From Vicugna vicugna (taxonomy: Eukaryota): a DNA stretch of 64,000 nt. Shown here piece by piece: positions 53,301-64,000 of this stretch. Each line of letters opens with the position of its first letter. The stretch's first letter is position 1. The notes under the pieces are model-generated. The model searched no databases, was not told the DNA's origin, and worked only from the letters and a program-made list of their open reading frames with translations. The position numbers and the translations under genes were made by a program. Location of the stretch: NCBI GenBank assembly GCA_013265495.1, contig MU058463.1, positions 496,001 to 560,000 on the forward strand, in the 5' to 3' direction.

Positions 53301-53514
53301 ATGGTTTAGCTAGGATTATCTATTAGACTATTCCATGCTTGTTTATGGATTATTTTTTAAGATCCGAATGCCAAGACATATTAATTCAATCAGTCTTATG
53401 TAGTTTAGGGATAATTTAAGATATACCAGTATACTGAGAATTATGAACTTCATCTATGTCAGTCTAATCTTGAGGACATATATAACATAATGTTGAAATG
53501 TCACATCCTCTAGA

Positions 53515-53727
53515 GAAACACCATCCAATAAACCATTCTGCAATGATGGAAAAGTCCAATATCTGAGGTGCCCAATAGTATGATCACCACTTGTTATATG
53601 TGGCTATTGAGCATTTGAAAGGACCAGTATGACTGAGAATGTAAATATATGGTTTTATTTCATTTAATTAGTTAATATTTAAATTTAAGTAGCAACATAT
53701 AACTAGTTGCTCTCTATTAGCACCATT
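53515..53727 (+). mobile_element. MER3 (hAT-Charlie) MITE
   Basis: TCCAATAAACCATTCTGCAATGATGGAAA...ATGTGGCTATTGAGCATTTGAAA...TTTAAATTTAAGTAGCAACATATAACTAG. Confidence 0.82.
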
Positions 53728-54354
53728 CTTCAGTTAGAAGATAGTTAAAATTCAGATATTTTCAATGCCATACCATATACTAGCCAAGCATCCTTATACA
53801 TTGCCATTTAATTAAATAACTTTATTAATGGGTGTTTTTCCAGTCCCACTGATGTTCACTTGGGATTCAAAGATAGTATGATAGTCTTAGAAATATAGAC
53901 ATTTTTACTTTTCCTGAAAGAGGCTGTGGTAGTATGTACTGCAGACTTCACACATTTTGAGTAATAAATATTTGTGTAATCTCCCTTACCCAAATACAAT
54001 AGTTTCCAGAAAAAGGAAAGAAAAGGGAGAAAAACAGAGTAGGCTTCATGGAGCAGGAAAACAAATATGAAAAATAGAGTGAAGATGTGAATAATAGAAT
54101 AAAAAGAATCAAAATAAATTGATAAGATATCCAGAAGAAGAAAAACCTAGATAATGCTAGAATGATAAACATTCTAAGAAATAATCTTTTAGAGTTTTCT
54201 AAATTTAACAGAAACACTTAAGATTTCAGATTTTATGTATATAGGTTTATTCTTTGCTATCCCTTCTAGATTATGTGCACGGTGAGGTTCAGGGATTGTA
54301 TGTTTGTTCAGAATGCTTTTTCACTTAGAGTAGCACTGACCCATAGGAAGCCCT

Positions 54355-54411
54355 AAGTAAATATTAGATTAAAAAGTAAATATTAGATTAAAAAGTAAAT
54401 ATTAGATTAAA
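54355..54411. repeat. Perfect 19-bp tandem triplication (AAGTAAATATTAGATTAAA)3
   Basis: Read directly from the sequence. Confidence 0.93.
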
Positions 54412-54645
54412 AACTTGATTAATCATTGTATCTTGAGCAATACTATAAAAAGATGAATAAATCCACATAAAAACATATTGATGAAACTAAAAACATAAAA
54501 GACAATAAATATTGAAAGCAACTTGGAAATTTCAGGTCATTTGCATGGCAGCAATAGCAATATGATTCCATTGGCAACAGGAGATGAGTAGAAAAAGAAA
54601 CACCTTTTAAGTGACAGTGTAAACTAATAATGAAAAACTGAAATT

Positions 54646-55088
54646 ATAATAGAGTAATAACAGTTCAAGCATGCAACAATGGAGTCAACCAGTCTTTGAG
54701 GATCTGGTCTCAGATACGTCTCCACACCACTGAGAACTTGTACTTTCTTTGAACTGTATCAGACCCAAGTACACCACCAACCGTGTTCAGAACAACACCT
54801 GCCAGGTCTCAAGATCTCCCCTTGTAACTCTGCAATCATTTCCAAACCCAGCCAATCCTTACTTAACAAACATCTTTATCTTGCCAGTCCCAATTATGAT
54901 TATTTATAAACAAGTCATGTAACTAACTGTAACCTTGCAATTTTTGTCTTTGTAAGTCTCCTACATTTTGTAGTAAGGCAGAAGACAATTCAAGTGCTTC
55001 ATAGATTGGTGACTCCCAGGCTGCAGTCCTAAAAACCACAAATAAACAACTTTTTACTTCAAGCAAGTCTCAAATTTTGGTTAATGCT
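54646..55088 (+). mobile_element. Solo ERV1-type LTR
   Basis: About 440 bp with CAATGGAGTC near the start, CCAAT boxes, CTCCCAGGCTGCAGTCCT, AATAAA, and an end at TTGGTTAA; LTR architecture. Confidence 0.6.
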
Positions 55089-56771
55089 AACGATGTTGAC
55101 AGGTTGTTTTGTTGATATTAGAAAGTGAGCATTCAACAATCTCATTTTCCTTTCCAGAGGCTACTTTCTTTTTTGAGTTTCATGTTTTATTTTTCCCAAT
55201 GTTTTAATACATACAATATGAGCGTGTATGTGTGTGTGCATGTGTGCATGTACACATAAATGTGTTTTTACAAATTATATTTTGAACAAAAACACAGAGC
55301 AAATACAGAAAAATGATGTTCTCAGTGGAAAGAAAGAAGAACAAAGTGTACTCAAAACTGTCAATATTTCATTTCAGTAAAAATGCCTTATTAATGAATT
55401 ATGGCAATATATAGTCTATAAAATCTGAATGGAAGGACATGACTCTTAGTATGTCGTTAGTCTTTATGTTTAACTTTTTAGAAGCTTTCATAATTAAAAA
55501 TTAAGCTAAAATATATCTATGATGTAAACCTAAACTTGTAGAACTATTATATATTCCTAAGGTATACAAAGTGTTGTATGAACCAATTATTCATGGATTA
55601 ACATGAATCCATAACCTTTATTGAACACTAACCATGATGAATCCCTGAAAATATACAAGTTTTTAAAATTATTCCTTATTGACTCCACAGTTTTTCATAT
55701 ACTTATTGTGACAATAGTCTAATTTAAGTAAATACTAATTTACATTTTAAAAACCAATCTTCAAAATACCTAGAAGTATTATTTCTAATAACTTTCATCA
55801 GGATCTACATTTTGATATTCAGACCTGCATTTCTTTGAGTTTAGACATATTTACCTTCTCCTTAATTTATATTTGAGTAAGCCAGAGAAAGTGATTAATT
55901 ATGATTTTACTCCATGTTCATAAACTGTATGGATTCAGGACTTTATTCCTGATGGTTGTTTTCACCAATTTCACCAATTTCATTCTTTTACCCTTTTCAA
56001 AAGAGAACTTGCTGAATGTCTTCTCTGAAAGATTTTATTCCAGCATTGAGTCATATTAAAATATGAAAAAAGTTAAAGTTGGCAGGAAACACATGAAATC
56101 AGCAAAGTTGAGAGGAACATAGTAGTATTGGGGGAATTTGAAAAAATGTTGCTTATCTAGCATCACCACTGTGGCTGCCTAGAGGCTAGTTTAATTAGGC
56201 TACAATTCATATGGCAGAAAGCAGTTTTGTAATTACCTTCAAATGGCCAAACGATATAGAACTCTAAGGAGAGCTGCATATTCCCAGTAATAAACCAATT
56301 TGCAATTGACTGGATTTTTTATCTAAGGCATTTATTGGGCAAACAATATTTAAATATATGTTACTTCAATTCTAAGTCGATGTAAATAGTTGAATTTTAG
56401 GACCTTATTTCAGAATTTATTGAAGTGATAATAAAAAGATGTTAAAATAAACCTATCAATTTTAAAAACTTGTTTTGCTTAAAGTAAAAGTACTGTATCT
56501 AAAACCTAGAAATACTTACAACCATTAACTGAGTTTTGGCTTATACCAAAAAAAAGTTTAATTAGTCAAGTATGGAAAGTATATTTAATGAAAATCTATA
56601 TTTCTTAATGGTGAGGAAATGTAAATACTTCATTTTCTGATTCAATGTCTATGGTCAATTCTTTTTTGATATCAAACTGACTCTTCTTTAGTATCAGACT
56701 GACTTCTTGATAATACTTTTTTTCTTTATCTATATTTTCCTCTTTTCCATGGGATAAGCAATTTTAGTGTA

Positions 56772-59181
56772 CAGGCATTCCTCAGAGATGTCATGGGTTC
56801 AGTTCCAGATCACTGCAGTAAAGCAAATAGCACAATAAAGAGTGTCACACACATTTTTATTTTTTGGTTTCCCAGTTCATGTAAAAGTTATGTTTACACT
56901 ATACTGTAGTCTATTAACTGTGCAGTAACATTATGTCTAAGAAAATAGTGTACATACCTTAATTTTAAAATGCTTTACTGCTAAAAAATGCTAACCATCA
57001 TCTGAGGCTTCAGTGAGTCATTATCTTTTGCTACTGGAGAGTCTTACTTCAGTGTTGATGGCTGCTGACTGATCTAGTGGTTGCCGAAAGTTGGGGTGGC
57101 TCTGGCAGTTTCTTAAAATAAGAACAATGAAGCTTGCCACATTGATTGACTCTTCCTTTCACAAACAATTTCTCTGTAGCATGCATTGCTGTTGATAGCA
57201 TTTTACACACAGTAGAATTTCTTTCAAAATTGGAGTCAGTCCTCTCAGACCCTGCCCCAGCTTTAGTAACTAAATTTTTATGTAATGTATATATTTTTAG
57301 CAACAATATTTATGTAATATTCTAAATCCTTTGTTGTAATTTCTGCAACCTTCACAGCATCTTCAGTAGGAGTAGATTCCATCTCAAGAAACCATATTCT
57401 TTGCACATCTGTAAGAACTCACTCCTCATCTGTGACAGTTTTACCATGATATTGCAGCAATTCAGTCACATCTTTATGCTGCACTTCTAATTCTAAGTCT
57501 CTTGCTGTTTTCACCACACCTGCAGTCACTTCCTCCACTGAAGTGTTCAACCTCCGCCAAGTCATCCACAAGCGCTGGAATCAACTTCTTCCAATTTCCT
57601 GTTAATATTGGTATTTTGACCTCTTCCCATGAATCACGAATGTTCTTAATGGCATCTAAAACTGGTGAATCCTTTCCAAAAAGCTTTCAATTGACTTCAT
57701 CCAGATTCATTAGAGGAATCACTATCTATAGCAGCTATAACCTTGTGAAATGTACTTCTTAAATAAAATTTGAAAATCAAAATATTCCTTGATCCATGGA
57801 CTGCAGAATGGATGTTGTGTTAGCAGGCATGAAAAAGCATTAATCTTACTGTACATCTCCATCAGAGTTCTTGGGTGACCAGTGCATTGTCAGTGAACAT
57901 TAATAATCTGAAAGGACTCTTTTCTTCTGAGCAGTAAGTCTCAATAGTGGGCTAAATATATTCAGGAAACCATGTTGTAAACAGATGTGTTGTCATCCAG
58001 GCCTTGTGTTTCCACTGATAAACCCAGGAGAGTAGATTGAGCATAATTCTTAAGGGCTCTAGGAGTTTAGGAATGGTAAAAGAGCATTGGCTTCAATTTA
58101 AAATACCCAACTGCATTAGCCCCTAGCAAAAGAGTCAACCTGCTTTTTGAAGCCAGGCATCGACTTCTCTCCTGCAGCTATCAGAGTTTTAGATGGCATC
58201 TTCTTCCAAGATAAAGTTGTTCAGTCTACATTGAAAATCTGTTGTTTAGTGTAGCCACAGTCATTAATGATCTTAGCTAGGTCTTCTGGATAACTTGCTG
58301 CAACTTCTACATCAGCATTTGCTGCTTCACCTTGCACTTTATGTTATGGAGATGGCTTCTTTCCTTAAACTTCATGATCCATCCTCTACTAGCTTCAGAC
58401 TTTTCTGCTGTAGCTTCCTCACCTCTCTCAGCCTTCATAGAATTGAAAAGAGTTAGAAATTATTTTGGATTGGGCTTTGGCTTAAGGAATGTTGTGGCTG
58501 GTTTGATTTTTTATCCAGACACACAAAAACTTTCTCTATATCCGCAACAAGGCTATTTCACTTTCTTATCATTCCTGTGTTCATTGGAGTAGCACTTTTA
58601 ATATCCTTCAAGAAATTTTTCTTTGCATTCACAACTTGACTGTTTGGTGAGAGAGGCCTAGCTTTCAGCCTGTCTTTACTTTCAACATGTCTTTTTCAGT
58701 GAGCTTAATCATTTCCAGCTTTTGTTTTAAAGTGAAAGACGTGAGACTATTTCTTTCACTTGAACACTTAGAGGTCATTGTAGGGTTATTAATTGGCCTA
58801 ATTTCAATACTATTGTGTCTCAGGGAATAGGGTAGCCCAGGGAGAGGAACCGAGATGCAGTAACAGCAGGTCGGTGGAGTGGTCAGAACACATACAACAT
58901 TTATTAAGTTTGTCATCTTGCATGAGCCTCAGAATAGCTACAACTGTAACATCAAAGATCACTGATCGTAGATCACCATAACAAATATAATAATAATGAA
59001 AATATTTGAAATACTGTGAGAACTGCTAAAATGTGACACAGAACCAGGAAGTGAGCAAATGTATTTGGAAAAATGTTGTCAATAGACTTGCTCCACACAG
59101 GGTTGCCACAAACTCCCAATTTGTAAAACCCAAATCTGCAAAATGCAATAAAGTGAAGTGCAATAACACAAGGTATGCCTG
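56772..59181 (-). mobile_element. Full-length Tigger1 DNA transposon (2410 bp), transposase disrupted
   Basis: TA|CAGGCATTCCTC ... CAAGGTATGCCTG|TA. Minus-strand peptides TSKCSSERNSLTSFTLKQKLEMIKL (N-terminal HTH) and AGSERTDSNFERNSTVCKMLS (C-terminus) match Tigger1 transposase; the frame is broken into short pieces. Confidence 0.96.
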
Positions 59182-60611
59182 TACTAAAATTAAAAACTCA
59201 GACCTTAGATATAGCCTCTCTACTACATAGAAATGAAATCAGCAAGTTTTAGGCAAAGAATGTGGTGTGGGATTCTTTTAATTAATATAAAATACTTCCT
59301 TTTCTGTAGGTAGTGTTATTAGAGACAAAATTTGACTCTAAACAAGCAATTAATTCAAAAATCCACTTTAAAATATAACAAATGCAGTCATTATACAAGA
59401 GTAACATAATTAGGAAAAATGTATGTGTGAGGAAAAATGATTTTTCTCATCTATTTCTTTATCCTGAATATTTTTTGCCATGAACTTAATATGTATTTCA
59501 TGTCTCATAGTGGGAGAAAATATGCAAAACTCAGGCAAAGAAACAATGGTAACAAAACAAAATAAACACTAAACTTTAAAAGTTAAAACTTCAAGGACAG
59601 AAATTGTTCTAGGCTAGATTATATCAATAAGAAAATGAACAGCTCAAAATAATTTGGATTTTATTTCTTTCAATAATATTGGTAGACCTATCAAATAAAG
59701 CATTTGTCCATCAAACATAATATTTATTAATTTATTTATCCATCCATTCATTTAATAAATGTTTACCAAGTGTTATCATGTTCTAAGCTCTGTATTAGAA
59801 AGAACCCAATTTGAGAAGAAGCAACTATACAACACATTCATGAAACTTTACAATAATTCTAATGGATGTATAATTAATAACTTTTAGGAATAAATGTCAT
59901 AATCATAGAAGTACTAAAAATAAGGCCTACTGAGAACTATGATTTAATATTTAGTAGTTAATATTTTATCACAAACATCAACAGCATCATTACTAGAAGA
60001 TAGCAGCATGATAAGAATGACTACACAAGGAATAGTCATAGGACTGCCTGATTAAACAATGTTTGAAAAGCAATCCAAATGTCAAAGATGCATATTAGAA
60101 GCATTAACAGTAGAATAAACAGTATAGAGAAGCAAATAAACAGTGATTTCAAAGAAAACTCAGAAACTCTCCCATGGATAAGAACTACATTGCAAAACCT
60201 TGTTTAAGCACAGTCTTCTGATCTAAATGAAGTCATAATTCACAGAGTGATATTTAAATATATATTCTAAACTTTTCTGTGTTATGTGTTGGGGGCATTA
60301 TATTCCTGAAATAACCTCAAGATTTGAAGAAGATGTTGAAGATGCCTCATGACATTTGTGTGTTCTATAGTTATTATTGTGTTCCATTGGTAAATAGTGA
60401 AAGTTAACAGATAATTTTATAGAAGTCAGCAATTCAGAATGAACTTTTTTAAATGAAATGAATAGGTAGTACTTGCCTTTTCATTAAAATGTGTTTCATT
60501 TATTTGAGATTGCAGCTGCAGAAAGTGTTTCTTGCAAAAGAAAAGTGTCATGAAACAATGGAAAATCACATTTACTGAGTAAAAAGTGTAAAGGTGTTTA
60601 ATTTATATCAT

Positions 60612-62390
60612 ACACTGAAGGGAGAAATTGATAGTAACATAATAATAGTAGGAGACTTTAACACTCGACCTACAGCAATGGACAGAACATTCAGATATAA
60701 AATCAGTAAGGAGACCTTGGCCTTAAAGAACACAGTCTACCGGATACACTTAGTAGATATCTATAGAACATTCCATGCAAAAGCAGCAGAATACATATTC
60801 TTTTCAAGTGCACATAGAATGTTCTCCAGGATACAGCACATGCTGGAACATGAAACAAGTGCCAATAAACTTAAGAAGATTAAAATCATATCAAGCATTG
60901 TTTCCAACTATAGTTGTATGAGACTAGAAATCAAGTACAAGAAAAACTGGAAAAAACACAAACACAGGAAACTAAACAGTATGCTACTAAATAACCAATG
61001 GGTCATTGAAGAATTCAAAGAAAAAAATTTAAAAACCCGAGATAAGTGAAATTGGAAACACAATGATCCAAAATCTCTGGGATGCAGCAAAAGCAAGTCT
61101 AAGAGGGAAATTTACAGTATACAAGCCTGCCTTAGTAAACAAGAAAAATCTCAAATAAACAATTTAACCTTATACCTAAAGGAACAAGACAAAGAGCAAA
61201 CAAAACCCGAAAGTAATAGAAGAAATGAAGTAATGAAGAGCAGAGCAGAAATAAGTAAAATAGAGACTAAAAAATAATATAAAAAAATCAATGAAACTAA
61301 GAACTGGTTCTTTGAAAAACTAAATAAAATCTATAGACCTTTAGCCAGACTCATCAAGAAAAATAAAAAAGAGGGCCCAAATAAATCAGAAATGAAAGAG
61401 GAGAAGTTACAAATGACACCACAGAAACACAAAGGATCATAAGAGATTACTAAGAATGATTATGTACCAATGGAATAGACAGCCTGGAAGAAACACATGA
61501 TGTCCTAGAAATGTACAATCTCCCAGGACTGAATCAGGAAGAAATAGAAAATATGAACAGGCCAATTACCAATAATGAAAGTGGATTGGTGATCTAAAAA
61601 AAAAGCAAAACAAAAACCTAACAAACTAAAGTCTAGGATCAGTTTCACAGGTGAATTCTACCAAACCTTTAAAGAAGAGTTAACATCTATCCTTCTTAAA
61701 CTATTTCAAATAACTGGAGAGGCAGGGACCCTTCTGAGCTCACTCTACGAGGCCAACATCACCCTTATAACAAAATCAGACAAAGACACCACATTAAAAG
61801 GAAAAAAAATTCCAAAGACCCTAAATAGCAAAATAAATCTTGAGAAAGAAGAACAAAGCTGGAGGTAGCACAGTCCTTGATTTCAAACTATACTAGAAAT
61901 ATATATATATATATACACAAACACACACACAAGATTATTACTCAGCCAAAAAAAGAAAAAAAGAAATCTTGACATTTGTGACAATATGGATGAATCAAGA
62001 GGGTATTATACTAAACAAAATGTCACATGATCTCACTTATATGAGGAATCTAAAAATCAAAACAAGCAAAACAAAACAAAATGAAGGTAAAGTCATAGAT
62101 GCTGAGAAAAAAACAAATGGTTGCCAGAAGGGAGGGGATGGGAGAGTGAGCGAAATAAGTGAAGAGGATTAAGAGGTGCCAACCTCTAGTTATAAAATAA
62201 GTCATAGGGAAGTAATAGGCAGGATAAGGAATAAGATCAATAATATTTAATAACTTTGTATGGGGACAGATGTTTACTGGATTTATTGTGGTAATCATTT
62301 CATAATGTATACAAGTGTCAAATCATTATGTAGTAAACCTGAAACTAACATAATATTGTATGTCAACTATATTTCAATTACAAAAAATAA
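60612..62390 (+). mobile_element. L1 (ORF2 endonuclease region and 3' UTR) with internal deletions
   Basis: ORF 60594-61049 encodes LKGEIDSNIIIVGDFNT...DIYRTFH...FFSSAHRMFSRI (L1 EN domain). Ends in CCTGAAACTAACATAATATTGTATGTCAACTATATTTCAATT plus an A tail. Confidence 0.93.
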
Positions 62391-63127
62391 CTAATGAGTT
62401 CTATATCTTCTCTGTCCAAGTAATATTGCTTTTGCCAGAGAACAACCTGATATACACTTTTTGAAAGGGAGATTCTAGTTTCTTTGCATCATGAAAAGGT
62501 GTAAAAAAGAGAGACTAGCTAGTGTTATTATTCTTTCAAATTTAACTTTTTAACTGTGTGAGAAATGTATTCACTACTTATGTATCTCAAAATACCAAAT
62601 TAGACATTGATAGAATCTAGAAAAACAAATCGGAAGTCCAACAAATTAACATGTTTTATTTTTTTAATTATTATTAATAATATACTTTGTCAAAATAAAA
62701 ACTAGGAGATATGCTAGATCAGATGTGGTATCACGCACATATGAAAGCAAGGAAATATAGTCACACTAAGAATAAGTAACTTTGAGGAAATAATGACTAA
62801 GAATTTTCCATCTTATCTAAGAAGACAAATATTACTAAATTCAAGCATAGAAATGCTATATTTGATAGCACGAGAAACAAAGTAGAATTCTCAACAACAA
62901 ACAGAAAAGAGAAGAGATAACTTGGAATGGAAAGAATAGTAGGTCACAGCAGATCTCAACAGCACCTGTGCAAACGAGGAATCAGTGGAAGATTATCTTC
63001 AAATGTCTAAGAGAAAAAATATATATGTCAACCTATTGGTATCAATTCTTTTCTGCTAATCTTAAAAAGAATATCGGTAAAATAAAGACACTGTATGCAA
63101 ATAAAAATGATAGACTTTACTATTAGT

Positions 63128-63600
63128 GTTGCCACAAACAAACAAACAAACAAAAAAACGCCCTCTCTACCCTAATAGCTGAATTTAGAGTCAGAGGCAG
63201 AATTTTGGGAGAATTAGAAAAGAACAGCTTTATTGCTTTGCCAGGCAAAAGGAGTCAATGCAGGCTAATGCCTTAAAGACTGTGAGGCTGTCTTGGGGTA
63301 AAGGTCATGGGGTTTTATAGAAAAATGGAAACAAGAGGGTGACAAAAATCAGGGTGTAAAAAGAGGCTACATTGCTTTCATCTTGTCAAGAACTTATGTT
63401 GTTAAGGCAGAATTTAGGAGGGTCTGCCCATTTTGTTGAGGTTGTCAACTCATAACCTTCTTCCAAGACCTCTAGAGTAAAAGATTAAGTTATTCTAAGA
63501 AAAGAATGCACAGGGAGGGGACTGTATTAGTCAAAATATCAGTTTAGCTAGAATTACTGGCCTGGACAACTCAGTAGCCATCTGGTTAGTTTTCTACTAT
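63128..63600 (-). mobile_element. ERV LTR (antisense)
   Basis: TGTTGCC start; AGAAAAGAACAGCTTTATTGCTTTGCCAGGCAAA...GGCTAATGCCTTAAAGACTGTG (antisense AATAAA) and GGGTTTTATAG (antisense TATA-like). Far boundary uncertain. Confidence 0.7.
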
Positions 63601-64000
63601 TTCATTAGTAGGTTCTCACAAAAACCAAAACAAACAAAAAAACATGTATAGTAAATTTTTCATGAAGAAGGGATTAACATTTACTGCATTTACTGCATTA
63701 ACATTACTGCATTCATGAAGAAGGAATTAACATTAGCATTAACAAAGACTGCATTAGGTTGGTAATGGTAAATTTATGAAGATAACAATTCATTTCACAA
63801 AAGAACATTAAAAAACAGCGATAAATGTTTTAAACAACATAGGATTTATAGAATTCTAAAACTATGCCCTGATTTTTTTACTTTTTTAGCAAATTACTTT
63901 GCAATCTGTGAATTGAAACAAGTAAACTAAGTTTGTTCTAGTTTTTTCTACTAGTGTACAGTTTAAATTATGGATAAGTACAATTTTTTAAAGGTAGCTG

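Noticed and set aside
54355..54411. CRISPR-like repeat array
   Set aside because: Head-to-tail repeats with no spacers, in mammalian DNA, with no cas genes.
60594..61049. 151-aa ORF as a host gene or active L1
   Set aside because: It is a fragment of L1 ORF2 endonuclease; downstream frames are broken and RT is deleted.

Overview
AT-rich, repeat-dense mammalian genomic DNA, essentially non-coding. It is most likely camelid (alpaca/llama/camel): two short L1 3' ends match my recollection of camelid L1s, and I saw no Alu, B1/B2, BovA or SINEC. The one clear functional landmark is a CpG-island promoter at about 32.56-33.43 kb, with ZNF143-, NRF1-, ETS- and GC-box-like motifs and a probable non-coding first exon on the minus strand; I could not identify the gene. 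I recognised no host protein-coding exon, RNA gene or CRISPR array. The rest is a transposon fossil record: a full-length Tigger1 with TIRs and TA duplications, several Tigger/hAT MITEs, MaLR/ERVL/ERV1 LTRs, nested L1/L2/MIR fragments and microsatellites. The best signal missed by the ORF track is a heavily decayed class III (ERVL-like) integrase on the minus strand at about 45.6-46.25 kb, followed by an env-like hydrophobic remnant. Repeat family names come from recalled consensus sequences, not a database search, and boundaries of old repeats are approximate. I found no evidence for a new multi-gene biological system.
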